Notes: generated by a model from the letters alone, not told the origin. A DNA stretch of 64,000 nucleotides from Planctomycetota bacterium (GCA_038231435.1 JBBRLJ010000023.1:28137-92136), one strand, 5' to 3'. Counted from the first letter of the stretch, positions 9,765-20,042 are shown. A program made the numbers and translations.

Positions 9765-11059
9765 CACGCCACCGCTTCCGCGACCAGGTCGTAGCCGCGC
9801 ACGCCGGTGACTCGCGCGGTGGTCCATTCGCCGATCATTGCGGACTCGGCGTGGAGGATGGTCGCCCCATCGACCTCGGAGGCCTGGCCGTAGTGGCGGG
9901 TGGCATAGACGCCGAAATCCCGCTGCGCATCGACCAGCACGCGCAGCTCGCGACCCTTCCAGCGGGCGAGGCGGGCGCGGTGGAGGCGCTTCTGCTGAGT
10001 CATGAACGCATGGTGGCGGCGCTGGATGATCTCGGCGTCGACCTTGTGCTTCATCTTCTCGGCGGTGGTGCCGTCCTCGTCGCTGTAGGTGAAGCAGCCG
10101 ACCGAATCGAAGCGCTGCTCACGCGCGAATTCCATCAGCTGTTCGAAGTCCTCGTCGCGCTCGCCCGGGAAACCGACGATGAAGGTGGTGCGCAGCACCA
10201 CCTCGGGCATCGCCTGGCGGATACGGTCGAGGCGTTCGGTGATGCGCGCGCGGTCGGTGCGCCGCCCCATCGCCGCGAGGGTGCGGTCGGAGGCGTGCTG
10301 GATCGGCATGTCGACGTACTTGACGATGTTCTCGGTCTCGGCCATCGCGGCGATCAACTCGTCGCTGAAGTCGTTCGGGTAGCAGTAATGCAGGCGCACC
10401 CAGGCGCGGGGGGCGGCCGCGGCAATCGCCCGGACCAGCTCGGGCAGGCGCCGGCTCCCGTACAAGTCCTGCCCGTAATAATCGAGGTGCTGCGAGATCA
10501 GATTGATCTCCTTGACCCCGCGTTCGGAGAGGGTGCGCGCCTGGGCGACCAGATCGGCGAACGGCCGCGAGCGGTGCTTGCCGCGGAAGAGCGGGATGGC
10601 GCAGAAGTTGCAGGTGTTGTCGCAGCCTTCGGCGATCTTCAGGAAGGCGAAGTGCGGGGGGGTGAGCTGGCTGCGCTGGTCATGGGTCAGCCGATGCTCG
10701 GGAATGTCCGGGAAATGGCTGCGGACCACCGCGGGGAAGCGGTCGTAGTCCTTGAAAACCACCCACTGGTCGACCTCGGGCATGTCCCGCTCGAGCTCGC
10801 AGCGGTAGCGTTCCGTGAGACAGCCGGCCACGAACAGCTTGGCCCCCGGCTTGCGCCCGGCGGCGGCCTCGAGGATGTGCCCGATGGACTCCTGCTTGGC
10901 ACCCTCGATGAACGAGCAGGTGTTGACCAGCACCAGGTCCGCCTGGTCGAGGCGGTCAGTCAGAGCGAAGTCGACCGAGCGCAGGGCCGTCACCAGGTCT
11001 TCGCTGTCGGCCAGGTTCTTGGAGCAGCCGAGGCTGATGAGCGCTGCGTGGCGTGGCAT
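9764..11059 (-). CDS. rimO: Ribosomal protein S12 methylthiotransferase
   Basis: SLGCSKN, NTCSFI, radical-SAM CDNTCNFC, TRAM-like end with YGQASEVDG. Confidence 0.95.
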   Translation of the reverse strand: MPRHAALISLGCSKNLADSEDLVTALRSVDFALTDRLDQADLVLVNTCSFIEGAKQESIGHILEAAAGRKPGAKLFVAGCLTERYRCELERDMPEVDQWVVFKDYDRFPAVVRSHFPDIPEHRLTHDQRSQLTPPHFAFLKIAEGCDNTCNFCAIPLFRGKHRSRPFADLVAQARTLSERGVKEINLISQHLDYYGQDLYGSRRLPELVRAIAAAAPRAWVRLHYCYPNDFSDELIAAMAETENIVKYVDMPIQHASDRTLAAMGRRTDRARITERLDRIRQAMPEVVLRTTFIVGFPGERDEDFEQLMEFAREQRFDSVGCFTYSDEDGTTAEKMKHKVDAEIIQRRHHAFMTQQKRLHRARLARWKGRELRVLVDAQRDFGVYATRHYGQASEVDGATILHAESAMIGEWTTARVTGVRGYDLVAEAVA

Positions 11060-11308
11060 GAGCCCGTTACTGTCGCACTTTCTCGCAGATGTCCATCATT
11101 TGATGGCGCAAAACCCGCGCAAAGCCCCCACGCCCCTGCCCACATCCACGGGCTTGCCACTCGCGAGCTCCGGTCTCCAGGCCTCGAGCTCCACGCTTCG
11201 AGTTTCCCCGCTTCCGTCTCAATCCGCTTCCTTCATCCCATCTGCTGCACCATCAGACACCTTGACTGTTGCGTGCTGCCGCTTCGACTGCGGTCGCTGG
11301 AGCACGGT

Positions 11309-11809
11309 TTGTCCAAGAAGGATGTTCCAGGTCTGACACTGCGCATGGCGACCCCAGAGGACGCCGCGGTGCTCAACGACATGATCGGCGCTTTCGCCGC
11401 ATACGAGCGGCTACCGAACCAGTCGACGGCCGAGGCGCTGCGCGCCGAGTTCGCGCGCCCTGATCGGGTGGTCGAGGCGGTCCTGGCCTTCCTCGATGGG
11501 GTCCCCAGCGGCTTCGCGGTCTTCTTCCAGACCTACTCGACCTTCATCGCCAAGCGCGGCATCTATCTCGAGGACATCTACGTGAAGGAGGAGTACCGCA
11601 ATCGCGGCATCGCCACCTCGCTGCTGCGCTTCATCGCCCGCACCGCCATCGAACGCCAATACGGCCGCGTCGAGTTCACCGTGCTCCTGTGGAACACCAT
11701 CGCGATCGAGTTCTTCGAGACGCTCGGCGCTACCCCCACCAGCGCTTGGACGACCTACCGCCTCAGCGGCGAGTGGCTGCAGAAACTGGCGAGCGAATCA
11801 TCGCAATGA
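11309..11809 (+). CDS. GNAT N-acetyltransferase (diamine acetyltransferase-like)
   Basis: TTG start after GGAG; YSTF..RGIYLEDIYVKEEYRNRGIA and VLLWNTIAIEFF. Confidence 0.85.
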   Translation: MSKKDVPGLTLRMATPEDAAVLNDMIGAFAAYERLPNQSTAEALRAEFARPDRVVEAVLAFLDGVPSGFAVFFQTYSTFIAKRGIYLEDIYVKEEYRNRGIATSLLRFIARTAIERQYGRVEFTVLLWNTIAIEFFETLGATPTSAWTTYRLSGEWLQKLASESSQ

Positions 11810-11819
11810 CTGTTTGTTG

Positions 11820-11952
11820 AGGGGCTCCGCCCCTACGGCCCTGTCGGGCCTACCCCACGGGCTTTGTCGGGGCTCGATGTCTTCGCTGCGCTGCGACATC
11901 GTGGGCGGATGGGCTACGCCCATTCTATCCGCCCACCGCCCCTCGGCGCCCG
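11820..11952 (+). repeat. Structured dispersed repeat, copy A1
   Basis: GGGGCTCCGCCCCTAC...CCCCACGGGCTTTGTCG...CTCGGCGCCCG; also at 11965, 14731, 48765, 48935 (inverted), 49064 and 63827. Confidence 0.95.
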
Positions 11953-11964
11953 CGCTTGTATTTT

Positions 11965-12121
11965 CAGGGGCTTCGCCCCTACGGCCCGGTGTCCCCCTTC
12001 GGGGAGGCTTCGCGCGGCCTACCCCACGGGCTTTGTCGGGGCACGATGTCTTCGCTACGCTGCGACATCGTGGGCGGATGGGCTACGCCCATTCTATCCG
12101 CCCACCGCCCCTCGGCGCCCG
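11965..12121 (+). repeat. Structured dispersed repeat, copy A2 (tandem)
   Basis: Near-identical to A1 with an extra hairpin (CCCCCTTCGGGGAGG) in the linker. Confidence 0.95.
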
Positions 12122-12148
12122 CCCCATCGCTACGATGGGGCCCTTTTT
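12121..12148 (+). terminator. Intrinsic terminator
   Basis: GCCCCATCG-cta-CGATGGGGC followed by TTTTT. Confidence 0.7.
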
Positions 12149-12222
12149 GGCTGCTTGTCGCATTGAGGGCGTCGCTGGCGGGGGCCTGAGCCCGCGGCCT
12201 CGCGGTATCCACGGCTTGGCGA

Positions 12223-12780
12223 TCAGAGCGCGACCTTGTCTCCGGCCTTGGCATCCGCCGGCTTGGGCTTCTTCTCCTTCTCGTGCTTCGGCACCGGTTC
12301 GGATACCACGTCGCCGGGGATCTCGATGGTGATGTCGGAGAGCCGCTTCCCGGCCTGGAAGAGGTTGCCGACCACGATCGCGCAATCGTAATTGTCGGTA
12401 CCGACATCCGGGCGAATGCTCCAACGCAGATCGAGTTCGAGCGGAGTGAGGGGAGGTAGCTCGGCGATGCGCGCAGCGGTGACAGGGACGTCGTCGCGGC
12501 GATAGGCGTCGGCGCTGAAGGAGCGGCCTTCCACCTGGGCGCGGAATCCGGTCAAGGTGTCGCCGAGGTTCTTCAGCTCGACGGATGTCTCGCTGAGGTT
12601 CTCGAGGCGCAGGCGCACCGCCAAGTGGTCGTCGCGGCGATCGATCGCGACGATGCAGGCGCTGACCGCTCCGTTGCTGGCGGATGGCGGAGCGCTGACC
12701 GGCTCGGCTGGACGCTCGCGATCATGGTGGTGGCATGCGGCCGCGAGCATGATGGGGAGCAGCAGGGCGAGGATCCGCAT
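12223..12780 (-). CDS. Lipoprotein, Ig-like fold; paralogue of the adjacent gene
   Basis: MRILALLLPIMLAAAC lipobox; aligns by eye with 12849-13367. Confidence 0.8.
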   Translation of the reverse strand: MRILALLLPIMLAAACHHHDRERPAEPVSAPPSASNGAVSACIVAIDRRDDHLAVRLRLENLSETSVELKNLGDTLTGFRAQVEGRSFSADAYRRDDVPVTAARIAELPPLTPLELDLRWSIRPDVGTDNYDCAIVVGNLFQAGKRLSDITIEIPGDVVSEPVPKHEKEKKPKPADAKAGDKVAL

Positions 12781-12848
12781 GGAGTGTCCCGATCGTTTAT
12801 TGGGTCAGGCGAGCATCCGGCGGCCACCGTCATGACGGCGGTCGGGCG

Positions 12849-13367
12849 TCACTTGGTGGTGTCGGGGGCGTAGCTCAGGGTGAGGTCGGGGATCTTCTTG
12901 TCGTCGATGAACATGTTGGTGATGGTGAGCGTCCACGGGTAGGTGTTGTGGGCGAGCGCCGGCTCGAAGGTGTACTTCAGGTCAAGCTCGGCTTCGGCCC
13001 CTGGGGCGAGCTCGCGTAGGCGCGCTGCGCGCGCCTTGGTGGCCTGCATCTTGCCGGCATCGGCGCCGATCGCCTCGCGGCCATCGGCGGCCACCTTGAA
13101 CCCGCCCACGCGCAGCGATTCGGGGTTCTTGAACAGCACGGTCTGCTTGCCGGTGTTCTGCAAGGTGACGTTGATGTAGAGCGTCTTGTCGCGCTCCTTC
13201 ATGGAGGTGGCGGTGGCCTTGACGCCGGCGTCGTTGGCGTCGGAGCCGTTGAGCACGACGGTCTCCGGCCGCTTGCCACCTCCGCACGAGGCGAGGGTCA
13301 GGGCGATGGCGATGAACGGCAGGGCGATGATGACGCGGATGTCGTTACTGCTGCTGGGATGGCGCAT
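12849..13367 (-). CDS. Lipoprotein, Ig-like (DUF4352-like) fold
   Basis: AAGGAG RBS; LTLASC lipobox; INVTLQNTGKQTV motif. Confidence 0.8.
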   Translation of the reverse strand: MRHPSSSNDIRVIIALPFIAIALTLASCGGGKRPETVVLNGSDANDAGVKATATSMKERDKTLYINVTLQNTGKQTVLFKNPESLRVGGFKVAADGREAIGADAGKMQATKARAARLRELAPGAEAELDLKYTFEPALAHNTYPWTLTITNMFIDDKKIPDLTLSYAPDTTK

Positions 13368-13480
13368 GGGAGCTCCTTCGGGGGCTGCGAGGGTCGAGCC
13401 TGCGGCGGCGCGCGCAACCGGTTTTGCATCCCTGGCAATGCCGGGCACAGCGGTAGGATCAGGCCTTCCTGGAACCGACC

Positions 13481-14755
13481 ATGACTCCGCCACGCACACC
13501 CGCTCGCATCAAGCCCAGCTCCCACCTCGCGGACGTCCGCTATGAGATCCGCGGCCCATTGGCCCGGCGCGCCCTCGAGCTCGAGAAGGCCGGCTTCGAG
13601 ATCATCAAGCTCAACATCGGCAATCCCGGCGCGTTCGGCTTCGCGATGCCCGAGAGCATGCGTCGCGCGATGATCGACAACCTTCCCGCTTCCGAGCCCT
13701 ACTGCCATCAGAAGGGCATCTTCCCCGCCCGCGAGGCGGTGGCGATGCAGCAGCAGGCGCGCGGAGTGCGCGACGTGACTGCCGACGACGTGTTCATCGG
13801 CAATGGCGTGAGCGAGCTGATCATGATCGCGCTGCGCGGGCTGCTCGAGGATGGCGATGAGGTGCTGGTCCCCAGCCCCGACTATCCCCTGTGGACCGCG
13901 GCAGTGACCATCAACGGCGCGAAGGCCGTGCACTATCCGTGCCCACGCGAGACCGGCTTCATCCCCGACATCGAGGCGCTGCGCGCGCTGGTGACGCCGC
14001 GCACGCGCGCGCTGGTCATCATCACGCCCAACAATCCCACCGGCGCGGTGTATCCTCGCAAGCTACTCGAGCAGATGGTTGCGCTCGCCGAGGAGCATCA
14101 GCTGGTGGTGTTCTCGGACGAGATCTACGACCAGATCCTCTACGAGGGCGCCGAGCACGTGCCGGTGGCGACGCTGGTGAAGAACACCCTGTGCGGGACC
14201 TTTGGCGGGCTGTCCAAGGTCTACCGCGCCTGTGGCATCCGCGTGGGCTGGCTGGTGTTCAGCGGCGAGCGCAGCCAAGCGAACGACTACATGCTGGCGC
14301 TCGATCTGCTCGCGAGCCTGCGCTTGTGCGCGAACGTGCCCGGTCAATGGGCGGTACAGACCGCGCTCGGTGGCCATCAGAGCATCCTCGAGCTCACCGC
14401 TCCCGGTGGCCGGCTCTTCCAGACGCGCAAGGCGGTGATCGATGCCGCGAAGCGCAGCAAGTACCTCGAGGTGGCGATCCCGAAGGGAGCCATCTACGCC
14501 TTCCCGCGGGTCAAGCCGGGAACCATCCGCGATTTCGACGACAAGCGCTTCGCGCTCGACCTGCTCGAGCGCAAGCACGTTCTGGTCGCGCCGGGCACGA
14601 GCTTCAACGTCCCGTACCGCGATTCGTTCCGCATCACCCTGCTTCCCGACGAGCAGGTGATGGCCGACGTGTTCCGTCGCATCGAGGGACTGCTCGATGA
14701 GTACTGTTTGTCCGCTGCAGAGCAGCGGGCCAGGGGCTCCGCCCCTACGGCCTAG
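13481..14755 (+). CDS. alaA: Alanine aminotransferase (class I/II PLP enzyme)
   Basis: VRYEIRGP, LNIGNP, GNGVSELI, DYPLWTAA, PNNPTGAVY, DEIYD and GLSKVYRACGIRVGW. Confidence 0.92.
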   Translation: MTPPRTPARIKPSSHLADVRYEIRGPLARRALELEKAGFEIIKLNIGNPGAFGFAMPESMRRAMIDNLPASEPYCHQKGIFPAREAVAMQQQARGVRDVTADDVFIGNGVSELIMIALRGLLEDGDEVLVPSPDYPLWTAAVTINGAKAVHYPCPRETGFIPDIEALRALVTPRTRALVIITPNNPTGAVYPRKLLEQMVALAEEHQLVVFSDEIYDQILYEGAEHVPVATLVKNTLCGTFGGLSKVYRACGIRVGWLVFSGERSQANDYMLALDLLASLRLCANVPGQWAVQTALGGHQSILELTAPGGRLFQTRKAVIDAAKRSKYLEVAIPKGAIYAFPRVKPGTIRDFDDKRFALDLLERKHVLVAPGTSFNVPYRDSFRITLLPDEQVMADVFRRIEGLLDEYCLSAAEQRARGSAPTA

Positions 14756-14861
14756 CGGCCTACCCCACGGGCTTTGTCGTGGCTCGTTTTCACCGTTCCG
14801 GTGAAAACGAGGGCGGATGGGCTTCGCCCACCGCCACTCGGCGCCCGGTCGCTGCGCTCCG
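14731..14861 (+). repeat. Structured dispersed repeat, copy B (overlaps the alaA 3' end)
   Basis: Same invariant core; substituted hairpin CGTTTTCACCG-ttc-CGGTGAAAACG; TGGC/GCCA compensatory pair. Confidence 0.9.
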
Positions 14862-14921
14862 AGGGGCCGGGGCAGATCCCCCGCGCGATTGCGTCGGACG
14901 TCCGAGCGGTACACCAGCAGC

Positions 14922-16619
14922 ATGACCGGAACCAACACCGAGCGCATCTCCGATTCCCCAGCCTGGAAAGGCCTGGCCGGGCACGTCGGCGATATCCGCA
15001 AGACGCATCTGCGCGAGCTGATGCAGGATGGCAAGCGCTGTGCTGCGATGACCGCCGAGCACGACGGCATCCTGCTGGATTTCAGCCGGCAGAACGCCGA
15101 CGCGAAGACCGTGTCGCTGCTGCTCGCGCTCGCGCGCCAGGTCGACCTGCCGGGCAAGCTCGCGGCGATGGCGGCCGGGGCGAAGATCAACACCACCGAG
15201 AACCGCTCGGTGCTGCACATGGCGCTGCGCGCCGAAGCTCCGGCCAAGAAGGCCAAGGGCGCCGCCGACAAGCCGCTGATCGTCGACGGTGAGGACGTCG
15301 TTGCTCAGGTGCATGAGGTGCTCGCGCGGATCAAGACCTTCAGCGACCGCGTGCGCTCAGGGAAATGGAAGGGTGCCACCGGCAAGCCACTGACCGACGT
15401 CGTGGCGATCGGCATCGGCGGCAGCTACCTCGGTCCGGAATTCGTGTTCGAGGCGCTGCGCACCGATCCCGCGTGCGCGAAGGCCGCGGCTGGGCGCCGC
15501 CTGCGCTTCCTCGCCAACGTCGATCCGATCGACGTCGCTCGCTCGCTCGACGGGCTCGATCCGGCGCGCACCCTCGCGATCGTCGTCTCGAAGACCTTCA
15601 CCACCGCCGAGACCATGCTCAACGCGCGTACGGTGCGTGCGTGGCTGGTGAAGAAGCTCGGCAAGAGCGCGGTCGCCAAGCACATGGTCGCGGTATCGAC
15701 CAACCTGAAGGAGGTCGAGGCCTTCGGCATCGATCCGGCGAACGCCTTCGGTTTCTGGGACTGGGTCGGCGGTCGCTACTCGGTGTGCTCCGCCGTGGGC
15801 ATGCTGCCGCTGAGCCTGCAGTATTCGCACGCGCGGATGACCGAGTTCCTCTCTGGCGCTCGCTCGCTCGATCGGCACCTGCTCGAGGCGCCGCTCGAGC
15901 GCAACCTGCCGGTGCTGATGGGCCTGTTCGGGGTATGGAATTCGACCTTCCTCGGCCATCCCGCGCGCGCGTTGCTGCCGTACTGCCAGGCGCTGCTGCG
16001 CTTCGCGCCGCACATCCAGCAGGTGGACATGGAATCCAACGGCAAGCGCGTGGCGCTCGACGGCAGCGTGCTGCCATTCGCGGCGGGCGAGATCGACTTC
16101 GGCGAGCCGGGTACCAATGGCCAGCATTCGTTCTACCAGCTGGTCCACCAGGGGCGGGTGGTGCCGGCGGATTTCATCGGTTTCCGCGCCAGCCAGCAGC
16201 CGGTGCGGCTGAAGGGCAAAAACGAGCCAGTCTCGAATCACGACGAGCTGATGGCGAACTTCTTCGCCCAGCCGGATGCGCTGGCGATAGGCAAGAGCGC
16301 TGAGGAATGCCGCGCCGAGGGCGTGCCCGAGGAGCTGATTCCCCACAAGGTGTTCCCGGGGAACCGGCCCTCGAACGTGCTGCTGTTGGAACGGCTGACC
16401 GCGTACACCTGCGGACAACTGCTCGCGCTCTACGAGCATCGCACCGCCGTGCAGGGATTCGTGTGGGGCCTGAACAGCTTCGACCAGTGGGGCGTCGAGC
16501 TCGGCAAGGTGCTGGCCAAGCAGGTGCGCAGCCAGCTCGCCCGCAGCCGGGAGGGCAAGGCGCCGGTGACCGGTTTCAATCCCGCTACAAAGCTGTTACT
16601 CGAGCGCTACCTGCGCTGA
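14922..16619 (+). CDS. pgi: Glucose-6-phosphate isomerase (plant-cytosolic-like sequence type)
   Basis: [43 protein letters not shown] and [10 protein letters not shown]. Confidence 0.97.
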   Translation: MTGTNTERISDSPAWKGLAGHVGDIRKTHLRELMQDGKRCAAMTAEHDGILLDFSRQNADAKTVSLLLALARQVDLPGKLAAMAAGAKINTTENRSVLHMALRAEAPAKKAKGAADKPLIVDGEDVVAQVHEVLARIKTFSDRVRSGKWKGATGKPLTDVVAIGIGGSYLGPEFVFEALRTDPACAKAAAGRRLRFLANVDPIDVARSLDGLDPARTLAIVVSKTFTTAETMLNARTVRAWLVKKLGKSAVAKHMVAVSTNLKEVEAFGIDPANAFGFWDWVGGRYSVCSAVGMLPLSLQYSHARMTEFLSGARSLDRHLLEAPLERNLPVLMGLFGVWNSTFLGHPARALLPYCQALLRFAPHIQQVDMESNGKRVALDGSVLPFAAGEIDFGEPGTNGQHSFYQLVHQGRVVPADFIGFRASQQPVRLKGKNEPVSNHDELMANFFAQPDALAIGKSAEECRAEGVPEELIPHKVFPGNRPSNVLLLERLTAYTCGQLLALYEHRTAVQGFVWGLNSFDQWGVELGKVLAKQVRSQLARSREGKAPVTGFNPATKLLLERYLR

Positions 16620-16645
16620 CATGATCCCGGGACAGGGGGTCGGCC

Positions 16646-17431
16646 ATGGATTCAGCGCGAGCGAGCTGGGGCTTCCGCATCATTATCGTCGTCGCGTGCG
16701 GGGCCTTGGCGCTTTCGGTCTCGTCGGCTATCGGCTGCGGCCATCGTGATCCGGGGAGCTCCGGGTCGACCACCCACGCGCCAGCGTCGAGCATCCCGGA
16801 GCCGAGCACTGAGCGCGTTGGACCCGCCGAGGCGCGGAGACTGGTGCAGGCGCGCATCCAGGCCGCGCATCCCACCGCCGATCCGACGCGCGTCTCAGCG
16901 GTGGCGGTCAGCGAGGTCGCGGTTCCCGAACTGTGGGAACGCATGCGCATGCAGGTGTTCGCGGCGGAGGACGACCTGTGGAACGGCTATTACGTGATGC
17001 GCGGTTCCGAAGCGGTCGAGCTGGGGCGCAGCTTTGGTGGATATGGGCTGCTATCGATCTGCGTGTGCGATCTCGATGGCGATGGCGTTCCCGAGCTTGC
17101 GTACAGCTGCTCCTGGGGATCGGGAATGCATCGTACCGAGCTCGCGATCCTCGACGGCAGGGGGTTCCCGCGCCAGGACCAGCCGGTTATGAGCTTCCCA
17201 AACGTCGACCTGTTCCTGCGCAAGCAGGATGACCGCACGGTGCTCGTCGAGCAGGGGAGGTTCGAGTCGGTGAACCGCTGGAGAACGCTGGCGCGTCTCG
17301 GAATGCTGCGCAGCGAGCCCGCGAACGCTTTGGGAGGCGCTCCGGGAGGCAATGCCATCACGCCCAGCATCGAATTCGCCCCGGACGCGCCAGCTTCCGT
17401 TCGCCCGTGGCCCGAGCCGCCCGCCAGATAG
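16646..17431 (+). CDS. Putative lipoprotein with a Ca-binding FG-GAP-like motif
   Basis: SAIGC lipobox-like; DLDGDGVPEL motif. Confidence 0.65.
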   Translation: MDSARASWGFRIIIVVACGALALSVSSAIGCGHRDPGSSGSTTHAPASSIPEPSTERVGPAEARRLVQARIQAAHPTADPTRVSAVAVSEVAVPELWERMRMQVFAAEDDLWNGYYVMRGSEAVELGRSFGGYGLLSICVCDLDGDGVPELAYSCSWGSGMHRTELAILDGRGFPRQDQPVMSFPNVDLFLRKQDDRTVLVEQGRFESVNRWRTLARLGMLRSEPANALGGAPGGNAITPSIEFAPDAPASVRPWPEPPAR

Positions 17432-17492
17432 GCCGGGTATTCCAGGGTTTTGCCCCAGCCCCAGCGCTCTCCGCTTTCTGCTTACCGCGTTC

Positions 17493-20042
17493 TCAGCGTA
17501 TGCGCCGCCGCGCGAAGCTCGCGGCGAACGCCAGCAGCACGATCGCCAATCCGCCCATGCCGCATTTGCCGCTTCCGTCGCTTGAGGTGAAAGCTGCCGA
17601 GGGCGCGTAATCCACCGAGGTCGACTGGGCGGTGTTGCCATTGTTCGCGGCATCGAAGGTCGTGTTCGGGGGCAGCGAGAAGGTCACGGCTCCAGGGCTG
17701 ATCGGCGTCACGGTGATGATGAAGGTGTTGCCCGGCCCGGCGGTGATCGAATCGATGACGCCGTTGCCGACGATGAACGACGATGCGCTGACCGCCGACA
17801 CCGGCTCTGAAAAGCCGAGCGTGACGGTGAATGGCGAGGTGGTCACGGTGGCGGCGCTGACGGTGATGATCGGCGGCACGGTATCGTAGATCATCACGCC
17901 ATGCGCGGTGATGTTGGGATGGCCGTTCGGGCCGACGGCATCGCCTCCCGCCAGATCGACGGTGACCGGACCGTTGGCGCTAGGGGTCACGTCCAGGCTG
18001 TAGACCGCTCCAGAGCCGCTGAAGGCACTCGCGACGCCGTTGCCGACCACGATGTCGCTCGCGTCGAAGCCGATCATGGCGGCGGCGAAGGTGAAGGTGA
18101 AGGTGATCGGCGATTGGTTGGTGGCGGTCCCGGTGGGCGTCACCGCCACGGAGTAGGCCAGGCTGTCCATCGTGGCGCCCACGCTGGCGGCTGGCGACAG
18201 GTTGCCCGCCAGGTCGGTCGACGTGCCAGCGGACATGCCCACGCTGACTGCGCCGTTGGCGGTGGGCGTGATGTCGATGGTGTAGACGCTGCCGCTGCCC
18301 GCGAGGGGGCCCTTGGTGCCGTTGGTGACGTTCACGTCCGCCGCGGTGAATCCGGTCACCGGCTCGGAAAAGGTGAAGGTATAGGTGTATGGGCTGCCAT
18401 TGAGGATGGCGTTTACCGGGGTGATTGCGACCGTGGGCGGGGTGCGATCGCTGATGATCGAGACGCCGGTCGCGAGCACGCCATTGCCGACCAGATCGGT
18501 AGTCGAATCGGCTCCGACCGTGACCGTGACCGGCCCGTCGGCGGTCGGCGCCACGGCCAGGGTATAGGTGGTGCCACTGCCGGCGAATACTCCAGCGGTG
18601 CCATTCGCGACCGTCACGCCCGACGCGGCGAAGCTGGTGATCGGCTCGGCGAAGGTGAATGTGAAGGTCACCGTGTTGGCGTTGGTGGAGATGCCGGCCG
18701 GCGTGATGGTGACCACCGGCGGAGTGCGGTCGCTGGTCACCGATGCAGATGCGCCGGCCGCGAGCGCATTGCCGGCGAGATCGGTGCACGCGGCCGCGGC
18801 CGTGCTGACGCTGACCACGCCGTCGGCGGCCGGAACCACCTGCAGGGTGTACGACGCTCCGCTGCCGGTGAGCGCGCCCGTGGTGCCATTGGTCACGGTG
18901 ACATCGCTGGCGGTGAAGCCGGTGACCGCTTCGTTGAAGGTGAAGACGAAGGGGATCGGGCTGAGGTTGTTAGCGCCGGAATTGGGCGAGATGGCCACGG
19001 TTGGTGGCGTGCGATCGCTGATCACCGAGGCCGAGCCCGCGAGATTGCCGTTTCCGAAGGAGTTCAGGGCGGCGTTCGCGGCCACCGAGACCGACACCGT
19101 CCCATCCGCGGCCGGGGCCACGTCCAGCGAATAGATCGAGCCGGTGACGCTGGCGAACGCCCCGGCGGTGCCGCCGCTGACCGCGATGTCGGCGAGCGTG
19201 AAGCCGGTGACATCTTCGCCGAAATTGAAGAGGAAGGAGATGGGCGATGCGTTGGTGCGCAGTCCGCTCGGGGTGATGGTCAGGTGCGGCGTGCGCACGG
19301 GAAAGATGAAGACGCCCGGTTGCCCGATGTTGCTCTGATTGACCAGATCGAGCATCTGCGCCTGGTTGCCGGACTGGGGAAACTCGTAGAAATTCACACC
19401 GTTACCCGATGAATACCCGGCTCGCGCGTGCACGCCGCCGCTCGCGTCGCCGGTGGTCCACTGCAAGGCCTCGTAACGGAATTCGATGTCGAAGTCCCCA
19501 TTGCCGCGATCGAGCAGGCGGATCTGGAAGGCGTCCTGCAGATCGTCGTGCATGCTGTAGTAGCCGACGTCATCCCAGGTGAAGGTGATGACGCGATTGG
19601 CCGCATCGAAATCGTAGTAGACGAGATTGGTGCCCATCGATGTGCCGCCAGGGGTCTGGATGAACGGAGGACCGTTGCCGCCAGCCCGGGTATCCACATC
19701 GGCGTAGAATGCGGCGATGATCGGCAGCGAGGTGGCGCCATCGATGGCGTCGGGAACGAAACTGCCTGAACCAGCACCGAAGGTCAGGTTGCCGTTGTTG
19801 TTCACGAACACGTCGGTGTAGGTCGTGCCGAAGAACCTGATGCCGGATGGGAACACCGAGGTCAGCGACACCGCCTGGAAGCTGTCGTCGTTGCGCAGCA
19901 GCTGGCCCTCGCCGAAGCCAGCCGGACCGCCCAACCCAGTGACCAGCGCCGAGGCTGCCGAGGCCGTGCTCCCGCAGCAGCAGACGAGTGCTAGGCACAT
20001 GCCGACGATGAAACGGGATAGGGGCGAGCGCACGTGAGCCAT
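17493..20042 (-). CDS. Surface protein: nidogen-like (NIDO) domain, six bacterial Ig-like repeats and a C-terminal CGxG/TM/basic anchor
   Basis: Signal peptide; FVNNNGNLTF, IAAFYADVDTR, FDIEFRY; six ~95-aa repeats (FSEPVTGF...DRTPP); ends GKCGMGGLAIVLLAFAASFARRRIR; start uncertain. Confidence 0.88.
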   Translation of the reverse strand: MAHVRSPLSRFIVGMCLALVCCCGSTASAASALVTGLGGPAGFGEGQLLRNDDSFQAVSLTSVFPSGIRFFGTTYTDVFVNNNGNLTFGAGSGSFVPDAIDGATSLPIIAAFYADVDTRAGGNGPPFIQTPGGTSMGTNLVYYDFDAANRVITFTWDDVGYYSMHDDLQDAFQIRLLDRGNGDFDIEFRYEALQWTTGDASGGVHARAGYSSGNGVNFYEFPQSGNQAQMLDLVNQSNIGQPGVFIFPVRTPHLTITPSGLRTNASPISFLFNFGEDVTGFTLADIAVSGGTAGAFASVTGSIYSLDVAPAADGTVSVSVAANAALNSFGNGNLAGSASVISDRTPPTVAISPNSGANNLSPIPFVFTFNEAVTGFTASDVTVTNGTTGALTGSGASYTLQVVPAADGVVSVSTAAAACTDLAGNALAAGASASVTSDRTPPVVTITPAGISTNANTVTFTFTFAEPITSFAASGVTVANGTAGVFAGSGTTYTLAVAPTADGPVTVTVGADSTTDLVGNGVLATGVSIISDRTPPTVAITPVNAILNGSPYTYTFTFSEPVTGFTAADVNVTNGTKGPLAGSGSVYTIDITPTANGAVSVGMSAGTSTDLAGNLSPAASVGATMDSLAYSVAVTPTGTATNQSPITFTFTFAAAMIGFDASDIVVGNGVASAFSGSGAVYSLDVTPSANGPVTVDLAGGDAVGPNGHPNITAHGVMIYDTVPPIITVSAATVTTSPFTVTLGFSEPVSAVSASSFIVGNGVIDSITAGPGNTFIITVTPISPGAVTFSLPPNTTFDAANNGNTAQSTSVDYAPSAAFTSSDGSGKCGMGGLAIVLLAFAASFARRRIR

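Noticed and set aside
9851..11308. Long N-terminal extension of the GNAT ORF
   Set aside because: Antisense to rimO; the GNAT domain starts at a TTG with a GGAG RBS at 11309
11820..12121. Tandem repeats as a CRISPR array
   Set aside because: Units are over 130 bp, dispersed across the window, lack regular unique spacers, and no cas genes are present
11814..12332. ORFs over the repeat clusters (also 48613-49344)
   Set aside because: They are translations of the palindromic repeat with no RBS or coding bias
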